Below, one piece after another: positions 42,313 to 55,127 of a stretch of 64,000 nucleotides of DNA. Positions within the stretch are counted from its first letter, which is position 1. Each line of letters opens with the position of its first letter. The notes beneath the pieces were generated by a model that did no database searches, was not told where the DNA came from, and saw only the letters and a list, made by a program, of their open reading frames with translations. Origin of the DNA: Eledone cirrhosa (lineage: Eukaryota); the NCBI GenBank assembly GCA_964016885.1, contig OZ024742.1, positions 197,160,001 through 197,224,000 of the forward strand. The letters are read 5' to 3'. The position numbers were made by a program, and so were the translations under genes.

Positions 42313-43519
42313 ACAGAGAGATGGTGAGGGCGAGAGAGATGGAGGCGATGACAGTGGGAGTTCGGTCCTTCCGTGTTCGGACACATTCATCAGACTGTAG
42401 GTTTTATGTACTTGCTAAGTTTCACCGTCTCTGTTAAACTGACAGCAATAATGAAATCGGTGGTAAACCTATCCATCTATCTACCTAACTTTTATATTAA
42501 AGCCATTCTCATTTAGTTCCCCTGCACCTTGCTCAATAGATTATATTCGGTATTTGTAAAGGAGTAGATTAGTATATTGAAACGGCCACAGTGCGTTACT
42601 GGTATCTATCTTAAAGACATACAATGAAAAAGATAAGAGGATTATGTACTTAGGACAAAGAGAGATGCAACAATAGCATAATGTAATGTATGTAGTAATT
42701 GTGAGAGATTAGCAGGTAGAGAAATCCAGGATATATAACTTATCTATGATTGTATCGTGTCTACTGCTATTTCCATGTGTACGTGTGTTCGCACCGAGAT
42801 ACAAGAAAGATGTACTGCGTTTTGCAAACACAGCGCTTTTTTTCTTTTTACATTATCTCATATCACCAATGAATTCTATTTCCTCGAGTACATGAAGACA
42901 TTTACGTTGAAGTGCCAGTCAGCAAACTGTGTGATTCAGTGCATAATTATAAGTGGAGTCCTGTATATGTCAGTGCTTTTAACCTAGACACACTGTGACA
43001 CACTTTACACATGTACACACAGTCATACATAGATACACGCACTCTATACATAGACTATACACAGTTACACGCACACTCATGTATGCATACATCCATTTTA
43101 TATGCGAGCATGTGTGTGTGTGTTTGTGTTTGTTTGTTTGGGTGTGTATGCATAGGTCTGCGCGTGTGTATGTGCACGTATATCTGCGTGTGTACGAGTG
43201 TCTGTGTGTATGAGTTTGTGTGCGTATGACTGTGTGTGCGTGTGTATCTGCATGTGTCTGCGTATGTTCGTGTGTGTGCGTGTGACTGTGTGTCTGTGGA
43301 TATATACATATCTGCGTGTATGTTTGTATGTGTGTGTATGTGTGCATGTGTGCGTGTGACTTTATTTCTGTGTGTATATGTATGCGTGTGTGTGTGTGTG
43401 TGTTTCAATCTATTTTATTTATTTCTATGGGATACATAAGAGGTTGTCATAAAAAGCTGGTGCCATAAAAAGATCCTATAAACATACTATAAATAACTAC
43501 AGCCGTAGATCATTATAGC

Positions 43520-44030
43520 AAGCGACCGTATCGATGAGTTGATTAGGTGAATGTTTGTATCGATTAGGTCTCCAAAAACTATCTTTTTTATCAGTAATTC
43601 GTATTGATAGGTTAGTGAACACAATTGGTAATTGATCGGGATTGTATCGATAAGGTACTAAACAACTAACTGATTGATTGGGTGATTGTATCGATGAGGT
43701 ACTAAACAACTAGTTGATTGATCAAGTGTGTGTATCGATGAGATACTAAAACTGGTGATTGATAGGATGTGTGTATTGATGAGATACTAAAACTAGTGAT
43801 TGATAGGATGTGTGTATCGATGAGATACTAAAACTGGTGATTGATAGGATGTGTGTATTGATGAGAGACTGAAGAACTAGTTAATTTATCGGTGGTTGTA
43901 TCAATGAGATACTGAACAACTAGTTGATTGATCAAGATTTTGTATCAATGAGGTATTGAACAGCTTGTTGATTGATTAGAGCTTCGTATCGATGATAGGG
44001 AAAATTAACCCAATTGATGATAGGTTTATA
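43520..44030. repeat. Diverged 41-43 bp minisatellite
   Basis: Units of tgtatcgatgagatactaaaactggtgattgataggatg. Confidence 0.85.
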
Positions 44031-44099
44031 CAGATGAGTTAATGAATAATTATGGAAGTGATGATAGCTGTGTGTACTGTTCCGAACACAGGAGGATAT

Positions 44100-44762
44100 A
44101 TATAACCAAGACAGTGTTATGTTACATAACAACCACTGTGTATATATCCAAGTCACACTTATGTTACACAACCATTGCTGTGTATATTATCCAAGTCACA
44201 CTTATGTTACACAACCATTTCTGTGTATATATCCAAGTCACACTTATGTTACACAACCATTGCTGTGTATATATCCAAGTAACACTTATGTTACACAACC
44301 ATTGCTGTGTATATTATCCAAGTCACACTTATGTTACACAACCATTGCTGTGTATATATCCAAGTCACACTTATGTTACACAACCATTGCTGTGTATATT
44401 ATCCAAGTCACACTTATGTTACACAACCATTTCTGTGTATATATCCAAGTCACACTTATGTTACACAACCATTGCTGCGTATATATCCAAGTCACACTTA
44501 TGTTACACAACCATTACTGTGTATATATCCAAGTCATACTTATGTTACACAACCGTTGCAGTGTATATAACCAAGACACACTTATGTTACACAACCATTT
44601 CTGTGTATATATCCAAGTCACACTTATGTTACACAACCATTGCTGCGTATATATCCAAGTCACACTTATGTTACACAACCATTTCTGTGTATATATCCAA
44701 GTCACACTTATGTTACACAACCGTTGCAGTGTATATAACCAAGACACACTTATGTTACACAA
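44100..44762. repeat. 42/43-bp minisatellite, about 16 units
   Basis: Units of atccaagtcacacttatgttacacaaccattgctgtgtatat. Confidence 0.95.
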
Positions 44763-44897
44763 CTAATAACATAAAAAAGTTAGTGGTTGTCGATGACAGA
44801 ATCAGTAGGGACCCAGGTTAAATACCTTACGGAGTTAATTGTGACCCTTTTGAGTTCAAATTCTTCTGGGGACAGTATTGACTTTCATTCTTTAGGG

Positions 44898-45345
44898 CAG
44901 CGGTTGCCAACCTTTCGAACCTCACGGACCACTAAATTCATAATTTTAAATCCCGCGGGCCTTTAATATGAATTAATGGTCAATGGTTGAAACAATACTG
45001 AAGCGTTCGTGTGTCATATTGCCGATAGGTGATACATATGTGTAAAATTCTTTCATACATATATGTAAAATTCTTTACTGAAGAGAAAAAAATTTTAGCG
45101 GTGTTATAAAATATATTTCAACCGAATATTATTTTGGTTTATTATTAATAATCCCGCCGATGTTAACTTTGCCTTTCAGCCTTTCGGGGTCGATAAAATA
45201 AAGTACTAGTAATGCACTGGGTAATTGCTGGCCTTGTGCCAAAAGTAGAAACAATTATTAATAAAACATAAAAATTGTAAATAATTTCCAAATTTTTCTG
45301 CGGAGCACCAACATTTTCTCGCGGACCACCGGTTGGCGACCGCTG
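44898..45345. mobile_element. hAT (Charlie-like) MITE
   Basis: TIR CAGCGGTTGCCAACC...GGTTGGCGACCGCTG with an exact 8-bp TSD ctttaggg. It contains a truncated SINE A at about 45151-45260. Confidence 0.85.
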
Positions 45346-46053
45346 CTTTAGGGGATAATAATAATAAGCTTCAGTTAAGAATTAGGTTCATGTAACCGAT
45401 TATTTCTCTTATCCCACCCGCCAAAAATATTTCTAGCTAGAGTAGAAAATATAATTATTGATCAAAGAAGATTAGTAGTCGGAATTTAAGTGCTGAGAAT
45501 ATCAAGTTAATATAAAGAATGATGTGTTCAGAGATGCTATACAGACGGAGTTGCCATCGGCCGCTATGAGTAATTGAACGCCATATCTCCCAGACACCAG
45601 CTAGGCACTAGCCGATATCTGGGAAATACTTCATAGCAGTCGATGACAACTACTTAATCCGACTTTAAAGGATCTTCACTGCGCATGAGCACATCATTCT
45701 ATATAATAATTATTGATATTTCGTTAGTGTGAGATAAGTACTGTGGAATAAGAGGCTCCTCAAAGTCTGACTTTGCAATCTGGTTTCGATTCTTGTTTCT
45801 TTTCGTTTACGTTATTAATAGCACTGGGAAATGCTGCACGGTCATTTCTTCTGCCTAAAATGTCCATGCTCATATAACATTGTATTATTATTAATATTAT
45901 ATTTGTCGTATTATCAATACCACCTGCTACCATACTGCGTAAGCGATCACAGATCTCTTCTCTCTCTCTCTCTCTCTCTCTCTCCCTTGCTCGCTCTCCC
46001 CCTCTCTCTCTTGCACACACTTACAAGCGCATACATTTACCTTTATGTCGAAA

Positions 46054-46473
46054 CAATTGTTTCTAGTTTTGGCAGAACGCCAGCAAGTACCCCAGTGCAT
46101 TACTGGTGCTTTATTTATCAACCCCATAAGGATGAAAGGCAAAACTAACCTCGATAGGATTTGAACTCAAATCGTATAGGGCCGTGACTCTATGCTGCAA
46201 AGCACAGTGTCTGACGCTCTACCGATGCAGCCAATCCACCGCTTAATAATAATAATAATGGTCTCTTATATAGGCACAAGGCCAGCAATTTTGGCGGAGG
46301 GGGAAAGTCGATTAAATCGACCCCAGTGCGTAACTGGTCCTTTATTTTATCGACCCCGTAAGGATGAAAGACAAAGTTAACCTCGGCAGGATTTGGACTC
46401 AAACGTAAGGTGCCATAACTCTATGTTGCAAAGCATGGTGTCTGACGCTCCACCGATACTGCCAATCCACCAC
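46054..46473 (-). mobile_element. Two tandem SINE A copies
   Basis: Homology to family A. Confidence 0.8.
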
Positions 46474-46680
46474 TCAATGTCTACACATGACATTCATACT
46501 GACAAATCTTTCATTTAATCAAGGTCACTATAACCTCAATGGTATAAGATATAGGAAGGTGTTTTGCGAAAATAGAATCCCTACGTATCTGGTATTCCCA
46601 ATAGCAAACTCTTATCTCCAACAAGTTGATATTAACCATAAGTTTTAAGTTGGCAGAGCAATGCTGTATTAGCTTTGGTG

Positions 46681-46746
<66 letters not shown>

Positions 46747-46909
46747 AGAATATATTCGAAACAGCGAGTGGATTTGAAATTATTAGAACATGTACATGTA
46801 GATGTACGTCAATACTCATCTTTTTCCATTTCTCCGAGGGTTCTTAACCCGACTATTAGACTAAATAATTTCTTTAATTTCTTTAGTTAAAATACGGCGA
46901 TAGCTAACA

Positions 46910-46941
<32 letters not shown>

Positions 46942-47739
46942 GGAAAAGAAGGAAACGAAATTTTATTTCTCACTCTTAGTACGGCTGTTACTTAAATATA
47001 AGTATGTATACGTACATACATATATGTATGTAGATGCACAGTAGTATGTAAATGTACTATGGGTTTACCGAACATTTATTATAATGTTCGGTTTGTTTGT
47101 AAACAAACAGCCCGAATTACGCCGTACAGTGTTCAGGCAACCATCGTCATCTTTTTGTTCAACACTGACACAGGAACAATGTACTAGTTTCAAGCTTTTT
47201 AGCTATCGTCAGCATCGTATACTTTTCTGTCAGATGATTGAACGTCTGAAAGTATATACTTTCTCTATGCATATTAACGGCTGAGCAGCCTAATTTGCAC
47301 ATCGAGTGAGTTAGTCGTCCGGGCATACCGAAAACGATAAATGGAAAAAAATGAAACGAAATTTCATTTCTCACCCTTAGTACGGCTGATACCTAAATAT
47401 AAGTATGTATACGTACATACATATATGTGTACAGACGCACAGTAGTATGAATATATATACATACATGCACACATATATATGTGTCAGTGTTGAACAAAAG
47501 GGTGACGGTGGTTGCCGAGCAGTGTACGGCGTAATTCGGGCTGTTTGTTTACAAACAAACCATACATTATAATAAATGTTCAGTAAACCCAAACGTACAT
47601 ATATATATGTGTGCATGTATGTATATATATATACATACTACTGTGCGTCTGTACACATATATGTATGTACGTATACATACTTATATATATATATATAAAC
47701 GTGCGCGCACACACACACACACTCACACACACACATACA

Positions 47740-47801
<62 letters not shown>

Positions 47802-48489
47802 TAACAGATTAAAGTTTAAGCAAAGAATCGCTGCTTTCACCCTTAACGCTTAACGCGATCTTCTGAAACTAACAAAGTCAATCTGTGCACGCAGAAGTGA
47901 ATATTTCAAAAAACGTTGCAACCGGAGGAAGACAGGAAGACGATACTTTGGTTCGTGGAAACGTTCCCTGGCAAAAAACGGGAAAAAACAAATATAACAC
48001 ATTTGGAGCAGTGAAAAACAATTACACGCAAAGACAAAACCACGTTTATGGTATAAAAAAAGTCGTAGACTAATATTCTATTAGGTGGTTCATAGAGACG
48101 TTCTCTGGCAATGAACGGAAAAAACGAAGATAATACGTCATATGTGGGGCGGGAGAACAATTGCACGCAAAGACAAAACCACGTAAATGGTATAACTGAA
48201 GTCGTAGACTAAAATTCTAACTAGGAAACCGAATGATTCTCGGCTTCAGAGTTAAGAATAAAGTAAATAAAATATAGAAGTTATTGAAATTAAATAAATA
48301 CATACACGCATCCATATACGTACATACACAAGCATACGTGAAAACACTCGCCATAGGTATACAAATACACGCACGTACACACAACCCCCCCCCCCAAAAA
48401 AAAAACCCACACGCACATACAGAACCCACGCAACGCCTGTACCCGCACGCCCACGTATGTATACACCAAATACACATAAAAATATATAT

Positions 48490-48566
<77 letters not shown>

Positions 48567-48959
48567 ATATAATTAAATAAACGTATATAAATAAATATAT
48601 ACGTATATAACAAGCGCACACACATACCTACATGTAAATACACATATGTTTGGAGACGAAGGTCAACCAAAATACAAAGTACACATATACATACACGCTG
48701 TATACGTACGAACCCGCATACTCACACAGACGCAAAACTCACATATACACATAACCAAAAGCATATGTACCAGAATATATAATATATACGCTATAACATA
48801 TACAATCAAATATACGTACGAGAAAGTATACGTACCTTCACAAAACATACAGGTAATATATACTTACCTATACAAATAAGTAATGGTATAAACGCAACAT
48901 ATACTTAGCTATCACATCAAGACGTAAAATATCCGCGTATAGTTCGTACTATCCGTTAG

Positions 48960-49630
48960 GGTATAATGTGGGGTTGTAATACAGGAAAGTTTTGTGCAAT
49001 TTATGTTTACAAGCTGAAATTGCCTCAGATTTTTTGTTTAAGATGTGGTCCCTGGCGTAGAGTATTTCCAGGGCCTCAGCGGCTCAGAGGTCACATGGTC
49101 TTTTATTTCCGTTATACGATCTAGCCCTAGCTAGGATCTCCCAGTGTAACTTAAATTGGGTGTGGTTGTCTTTTAGACTCCAGATATAAGCTGAAAGTGA
49201 CGTCATATTCCTTCTTAAAGGGTAACGAAAAGAATGGGTATGCATGTAAAGACGCTGCTTGAATCTATTGACAGTTAACCCTATGTAGGCCCTACGGGAC
49301 GTGGGTGTTTCAACCTTACATTTGTAGACAATGTTACTAGAGAGACATTTCCCGGATAGGGGGCAGTCAACCCGATTCCTACAGCAGTACTAACTACAGG
49401 GTTACACGTGTTCCTACGGCTAGGTAGTTTAGCTAAATTTGAAGCTGTGATGTTATGTGCAAGGTTAGGAGTCGTAGAGTAAGAAATTTTAATAGTATTT
49501 CTATTAAAAATGTTACTATATTTATGTGTAGGGGGAATATGCTTCATAATAAGGGAGAGAAAGATCTTAGCTAATGGTGTGGCCACCTCCTTATTGTATG
49601 GTGGGTTATACCTTATAATGCGTCGGGATC
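48960..49630 (-). mobile_element. Penelope-like element (PLE) ORF C-terminus: linker plus GIY-YIG endonuclease, pseudogenised
   Basis: Manual translation gives RRIIRYNPPYNKEV..IFNRNTIKISYSTTPNL, then after a frameshift CPLSGKCLSSNIVYKC..AYIGLT..FKQR..H..SF..LSAYIWSLKD..WEIL..CDL*AAEA..LNKKSEAISACKHK. Confidence 0.85.
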
Positions 49631-50478
49631 TATTTCACCAGGTTGTGGCTGCAGAAAGAGTCGGTGCAAGTGGCATCCCAGACGAGGGGTTTGTCACCGC
49701 GGAACGGGAAGATGGTCATGCCATCTGGCCTTTTGCCGTCCCCTCGATCCAGCCCCACCGGCTCAAGCTGGGAAGGGAAGCCTGCAGCGTCCAAGCCATG
49801 CTTAATGACCTCGTTGAGGGCAGTATGGCGTGGAATGAGACCTGCACTGTGGCGACAGGAAATCGGGTGGAGGCCGAAAGAGTCCACGGTGGAACCGCAG
49901 CGAGATTGGTGTGGCTGGCAGATCCGGAGGCCGAGCCTCAGGGAAACGCCGATTCGCAGGCTATGGTTGTCTAGCTGCGTGCCATTGGAGAAGGAGGGTA
50001 GAGCATGAAGCCAGGCACCACTGTGGAGTTTGGAGGCCGCACGAAAACAAGCAAGGCGGTGCTGGTCGAGCTGGCGCGTGAGCCTGTCTGAGGCCAGGCT
50101 GCACTGGATGGCATCCCATGTGCATTGGGGGGACTTGACGTCAACAGGGGTAGAAGGAGGAGGGACGTCTACTGGGCTAAGTCCCAACCGGTCACACGTC
50201 TCTCAGGCGGCCTCACGTTCTCTGAACACAGAGGGTTCTGTTGTGTTTTGAAGAACGCTGCTGACGAGGAAGCGGCACGAGGTTACCGACGAAAGATACG
50301 CCCTCAAAGCTAGTGAGATCGGGGACCGGAAGCCTAGGCCGCCATACCTGACCGGTAAAATGGCCTGTTGCCACCCTATGCCGTCAAACTTGACGTTGCA
50401 TATCCCCTGGGCTGCTGCTCGGATACAAGTATCGAAGTCAGCGAGGAGAGATGTCTAGGTGTAGCATGGAGCGCACTA
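49631..50478 (-). mobile_element. CRE-clade non-LTR fragment (thumb, zinc finger, restriction-like endonuclease)
   Basis: Translates WQQAILPVRYGGLG and HSGAWLHALP..LRLG..HPISC..RH..LEPVGL..KRPDG..WDATC. It lacks its own 3' end. Confidence 0.8.
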
Positions 50479-50553
50479 GAATCCAGTTTTAAGAAATGTA
50501 TTAATTTCAACGTGGGGTTTTTTTTTTGCGTGTAATTGTTTTTCACTGCTCCA

Positions 50554-50669
50554 AATAATTGTTTCTACTTTAGGCACAAGGCCAGCAATTACCCAGTGCA
50601 TTACTGGTACTTTATTTTATCGACCCCGTAAGGATGAAAGGCAAAGTTAACCTCGGCAGGATTTGAACT
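50554..50669 (-). mobile_element. Truncated SINE A inside the right inverted repeat
   Basis: TSD ctccaaataat. Confidence 0.8.
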
Positions 50670-50959
50670 CTCCAAATAATGACGTATTATATTCGTTTTT
50701 TTCCCGTTCTTTGCCAGGGAACGTTTCCACGAACCAAAGTATCGTCTTCCTGTCTTCCTCCGGTTGCAACGTTTTTTGAAATATTCACTTCTGCGTTCAC
50801 AGATTGACTTTGTTAGTTTCAGAAGATCCCGTTAAGGGTGAAAGCAGCGATTCTTTGCTTAAATTTTAATAAATATTTGCTCTACGGTTCTTATATATTT
50901 GATATATATTTATCCTTATCGAGCCCTATTTGGATTTTAGTCTTCAAATTTATTATTAT

Positions 50960-51001
<42 letters not shown>

Positions 51002-51497
51002 CTTTGAAATAAACGGTCTCTATTATATATATATATATAAATATATATATATAATAGTGACCGTTTATTTCAAAGTTTCGCTGAAATTACGGTCTTTTCA
51101 AAGGAAGTCTTGTCTGGATGAGCCGACAAAGTCATGGTATACTTACACTATTAATAATAAATGTGATCTTTACTTTATAAACAGCATTTAACACTGGCAT
51201 GCCCGCGTTGTTCATGAGGCTCTTAGTTCATTCTCCCTGCTTGGGATCCAGCAGAAATGTTTTTACCATAGCAGGGGGTTCAACGAAGTCCTGAGAATGA
51301 AATTGAACACAGACATGCTCGCACATACATTCATACACATGTATATTCATATATCATGCACACTTACATACATTCATGTAAACTTACATTTATATATGCA
51401 TACAGGCATGCATACATACAAATATACATATTTACACACATACGTACATACATACATACATGCATAAAAATATACATATTTACACATATACGTACAT

Positions 51498-52083
51498 GGT
51501 GGCTGCCAACTCGTTTTCGAGTACGGCCACTACTTTATATCCATGTAGGAGAACCCCTACCGATGCGCTGAACAAGTGTGACTTTTTAGTCCAGCCAGCG
51601 ATTTGAAAACTCTGATACAAACACTACACTTGTGACAATTACTGACACATAGTGCTGGGCCCATGGTACCATGTGACGACAAGTGCAGAGAGATCTCCAG
51701 ATATAAAGCAATGCCTGTGCCGTGGAGTTTTTATAGTGAGCAAAGGCACTGCACAAAGCCAGTCCCACTCTCTTAACCAAGATGATATTTACCAAAAAGG
51801 GTTGCAGGTGTTATATCAGAGTTTTCCTTCTACTAGAATTCTGCCTTGACAAAGGCTATAGGGTCATCTCTCCCGGTGATTTTGGATGGCCATTGACTCT
51901 TAATAGCTCCTTTGCCCTTTGACATGTTTTGTTTTTAGTCCTGCAGGATGTCCAAAGTCATCCTCCTCACCAAGAAACCTTGGTAGGGTTGCCAGTTTAG
52001 TCGCCAACGACCCGACCGTGGGACAGGTTGTACTGGGATACATGTTACCAGTAGCACCAACTGGTGACCTGACCTGACCTGAC
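51498..52083 (-). mobile_element. Family T copy flanked by (CATA)n
   Basis: Homology to 30752-31245 and 6553-6740. Confidence 0.75.
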
Positions 52084-52158
52084 ATACATACATACATACA
52101 TACATACATACATACATACATACATACATACATACATACATACATACATACATACATA

Positions 52159-52530
52159 GCACTGGGATATGTTAGTAACTGCCTCAATACAAATCTTGAG
52201 AAGCTAGGCTTCACAGGACCAGAAAGAACACAACTAGTTAGGAAACTACAAGTACAATCCATTAATGGAACAGTACAAATATGTAAAACATTCCAAAAAT
52301 GTTGCATCTAATAACTGCATATACACATGTACAGATACAAAACATATACACATGCACACATACAACTGAAAACATACACATCCACACATACAATAACATC
52401 CATATCTACACATGCATACATACATATCTACCTAGTTGATGTGTAAATTCCAATGAGAGAGTCTTGTGTCTATGTTAGAAACCGACTCACTCTCTATTGG
52501 TAAAACTTTGTGAAATTATAAAATCAGAAG
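52159..52530 (+). mobile_element. R4/Dong-like non-LTR 3' remnant
   Basis: Translates [18 protein letters not shown]...RKLQVQSINGTVQICKTF, resembling the C-terminus of RLE-type elements. (CATA)n lies on both sides. Confidence 0.5.
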
Positions 52531-52610
52531 AACATACATACACATACATACATTTACATACATATACATACACAAACATACACACAGTCATACCTACATG
52601 CACACACACA

Positions 52611-52804
52611 TAATAATTGTTTCTACGTTTGGCACAAGGCCAGCAATTACCCAGTGCATTACTGGTACTTTATTTTATCGACCCCGTAAGGATGAAAGGC
52701 AAAGTTAACCTCGGCGGGATTTGAACTCAGAATGGCAAGGGCCGTAACTCTATGCGTCAAAGCATGGCGTCCGACCCTCTACCGATACTGCCAATCCACC
52801 GCCC
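52611..52804 (-). mobile_element. SINE family A, full length
   Basis: Almost identical to 2342-2531. Confidence 0.85.
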
Positions 52805-53883
52805 TATAATAATGTACACACACATACATATGTACACATAGATATATACATACTTATGTACTTACATACATATGTACATACGTACGTATATGCATACATA
52901 GCATAGATATATGCATATATATATACTTGTGTAAATATATATTTACATATATACGCACAAACGTATGCATCCATGCATACATCCATACACTCATTTATAG
53001 ATACATGTACACTTACATACATACATGTCACTCAAATGCATGCATATATATATATACATACATATATACATACATATAAATATTCATACATACATACGTA
53101 CATATGTACACACATATTTACATACATACAAATATATATACATACATACAAATATACATAAATACATACATACAAATATACAGAAATACATATATAGAAA
53201 TATACATACATACATACAAATATACATAAATACATACATACAAATATACAAACATACACACATACATACGTACGTACATACATACATTCATATCAATACA
53301 TTATGTTTATAGAAATGCAAACGTAAGGAGAACTATAAATATATCCTTATTGTATATATACAGTTACGTTTGCACTATATAAATGTCTTATTGGGACACA
53401 CACAAATGTACGTCAAATTTATATATATCTATAAAGATGTGTTCGTATTTACATAACTACGAAGGAAAATCTTTAAAATAAACTGAAAACATTATGAGCA
53501 AAAATTTTATTCAAAATCTGTGTCGTGTAAATAAAGGAAGCTAATTCCTTTTATGTCAGAATATGATCTCACGTCGAAAATAACTGAGCTTCTCTGATTC
53601 TAATACAAATAGTTATAAAACTTTGAAAGAAAAACTGACTTTAAACTCCTATTTTATTTAAAATCTCGTTTGATGTCAATTCTTGCTCAAATAGAGTTTT
53701 GAACGGCAGTTGGGAGAGGAGGGAGATGAGAAATGTTAGTTTTGAGAAGAGAAGACAAAATGATTCAAGATTTGTTTTAGATTCCGGACATGATAAATAC
53801 ATTGTTGAAAGAAAGTGAAGTTCAGAATAAGTACGTGGCTATTCTTATGTCAACTGCAATACGTTTAACCCATTAGTTACAAA

Positions 53884-53947
<64 letters not shown>

Positions 53948-53949
53948 AA

Positions 53950-54240
53950 TGTCTCCGCCGACAACAAATATCAAACTCGCATCTTATAACAAAATTACGG
54001 CACAATTATTTCACCTCAACTAGTCCTGCTCTTTTTAATATAACACCAAGGCACGTTAAAACAGAAACAGATCCCATAAAATTCAAAACGTCTTTGGACA
54101 AATTCCTCCAAGAAATCCCGGCTACACCTCCTACACCCAGATATGTCTCCGTAAACAATAACGCTCTACTTCAGTGGGTCATCCTGTACAACTCCCGATT
54201 TGAAAGACTTCACCAGGTGGTGCCCGAAACCGATCAAAGT
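53950..54240 (+). mobile_element. CR1/L2-type LINE 3' fragment
   Basis: Translates PALFNITPRHVK..FKTSLDKFLQEIP..P...NNALLQW. Confidence 0.65.
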
Positions 54241-54390
54241 TATATTTATACAGCAGTGTATTTATACTTATATATACACTATATATAATTATAAACAGGA
54301 AAGGTCAGTATTTTTTTATTTTTTACAACTTTAATACCAGTATGAAAAATAGCTCAATGTAAATACATCAGATGTCTTACAGAGCAGGAA

Positions 54391-54724
54391 TATAAATTAC
54401 AGAATAATCAAAACTATGTTCAAAACATTTTATTGCTGACAATCGTTTCTTCCAAACATTCGTTTGGAATCATCGGAGCATTGGCAAAGTTTAAACATAT
54501 AATTAACCTCCTATTCCACATAACAATCGCAAAGATATGTAGATATTACTGTAGATATTACAACAGTAATATCTACATTTCTTTGCGATTGTTCTGTGGA
54601 ATAGGAGGTTAATTATATGTTTGAACTTTGCCAATGCTCCGATGATTCCAAACGAATGTTTGGAAGAAACGATTGTCAGCAATATAATGCTTTGAACATA
54701 GTTTTGATTATTCTATAATTTATA
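54391..54724. repeat. 334-bp near-perfect palindrome (162-bp arms, 10-nt spacer)
   Basis: Arms 54391-54552 and 54563-54724 with a few mismatches; the right end runs into (TA)n. Confidence 0.95.
54635..54681 (+). ncRNA. Minimal type I hammerhead ribozyme motif (U4C core variant)
   Basis: tgct-CCGATGA-ttccaaac gaat gtttggaa-GAAA-c gatt-GTC-agca. It is mirrored on the minus strand in the left arm. Confidence 0.6.
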
Positions 54725-54909
54725 TATATATATATATATATATTGGTGTATAGGTGCAAGAAAACAAAGTACTGCAGATATTCGCACAAAATCTGAGGAT
54801 CTTTCCATTGCAGAGTCACGTTCGATCAGTAATAGATCGTTCCTCAAGCTGATCGACAATGAAACATGTTATGATGCAACACTGATTCTTCGTTCCTTTA
54901 TTCTTATAC

Positions 54910-54942
<33 letters not shown>

Positions 54943-55127
54943 ATGTGTAGGGGTCGCATCACCAGTCTGAGGAGCAGATCGATACTAGAGTCATGTCCAT
55001 AACTCCTATGGGTCACCTTGAGCCAATCCTCTGCGGAACGCGCGGCAATAAATAGTTTTCATATGTAAACGAAACTTCCTCGTTTCTATTATATATCTAT
55101 ATATCTACCTATCTATATATCTACCTA

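Noticed and set aside
44100-44762. Possible CRISPR-like array or repeat-protein ORFs
   Set aside because: Units are contiguous with no unique spacers, and there are no cas genes in this eukaryotic context.
50815-50860. Hammerhead-like CAGAAGA-tccc..gggt-GAAA in the inverted repeat
   Set aside because: The core is non-canonical, and there is no convincing stem I or stem III.
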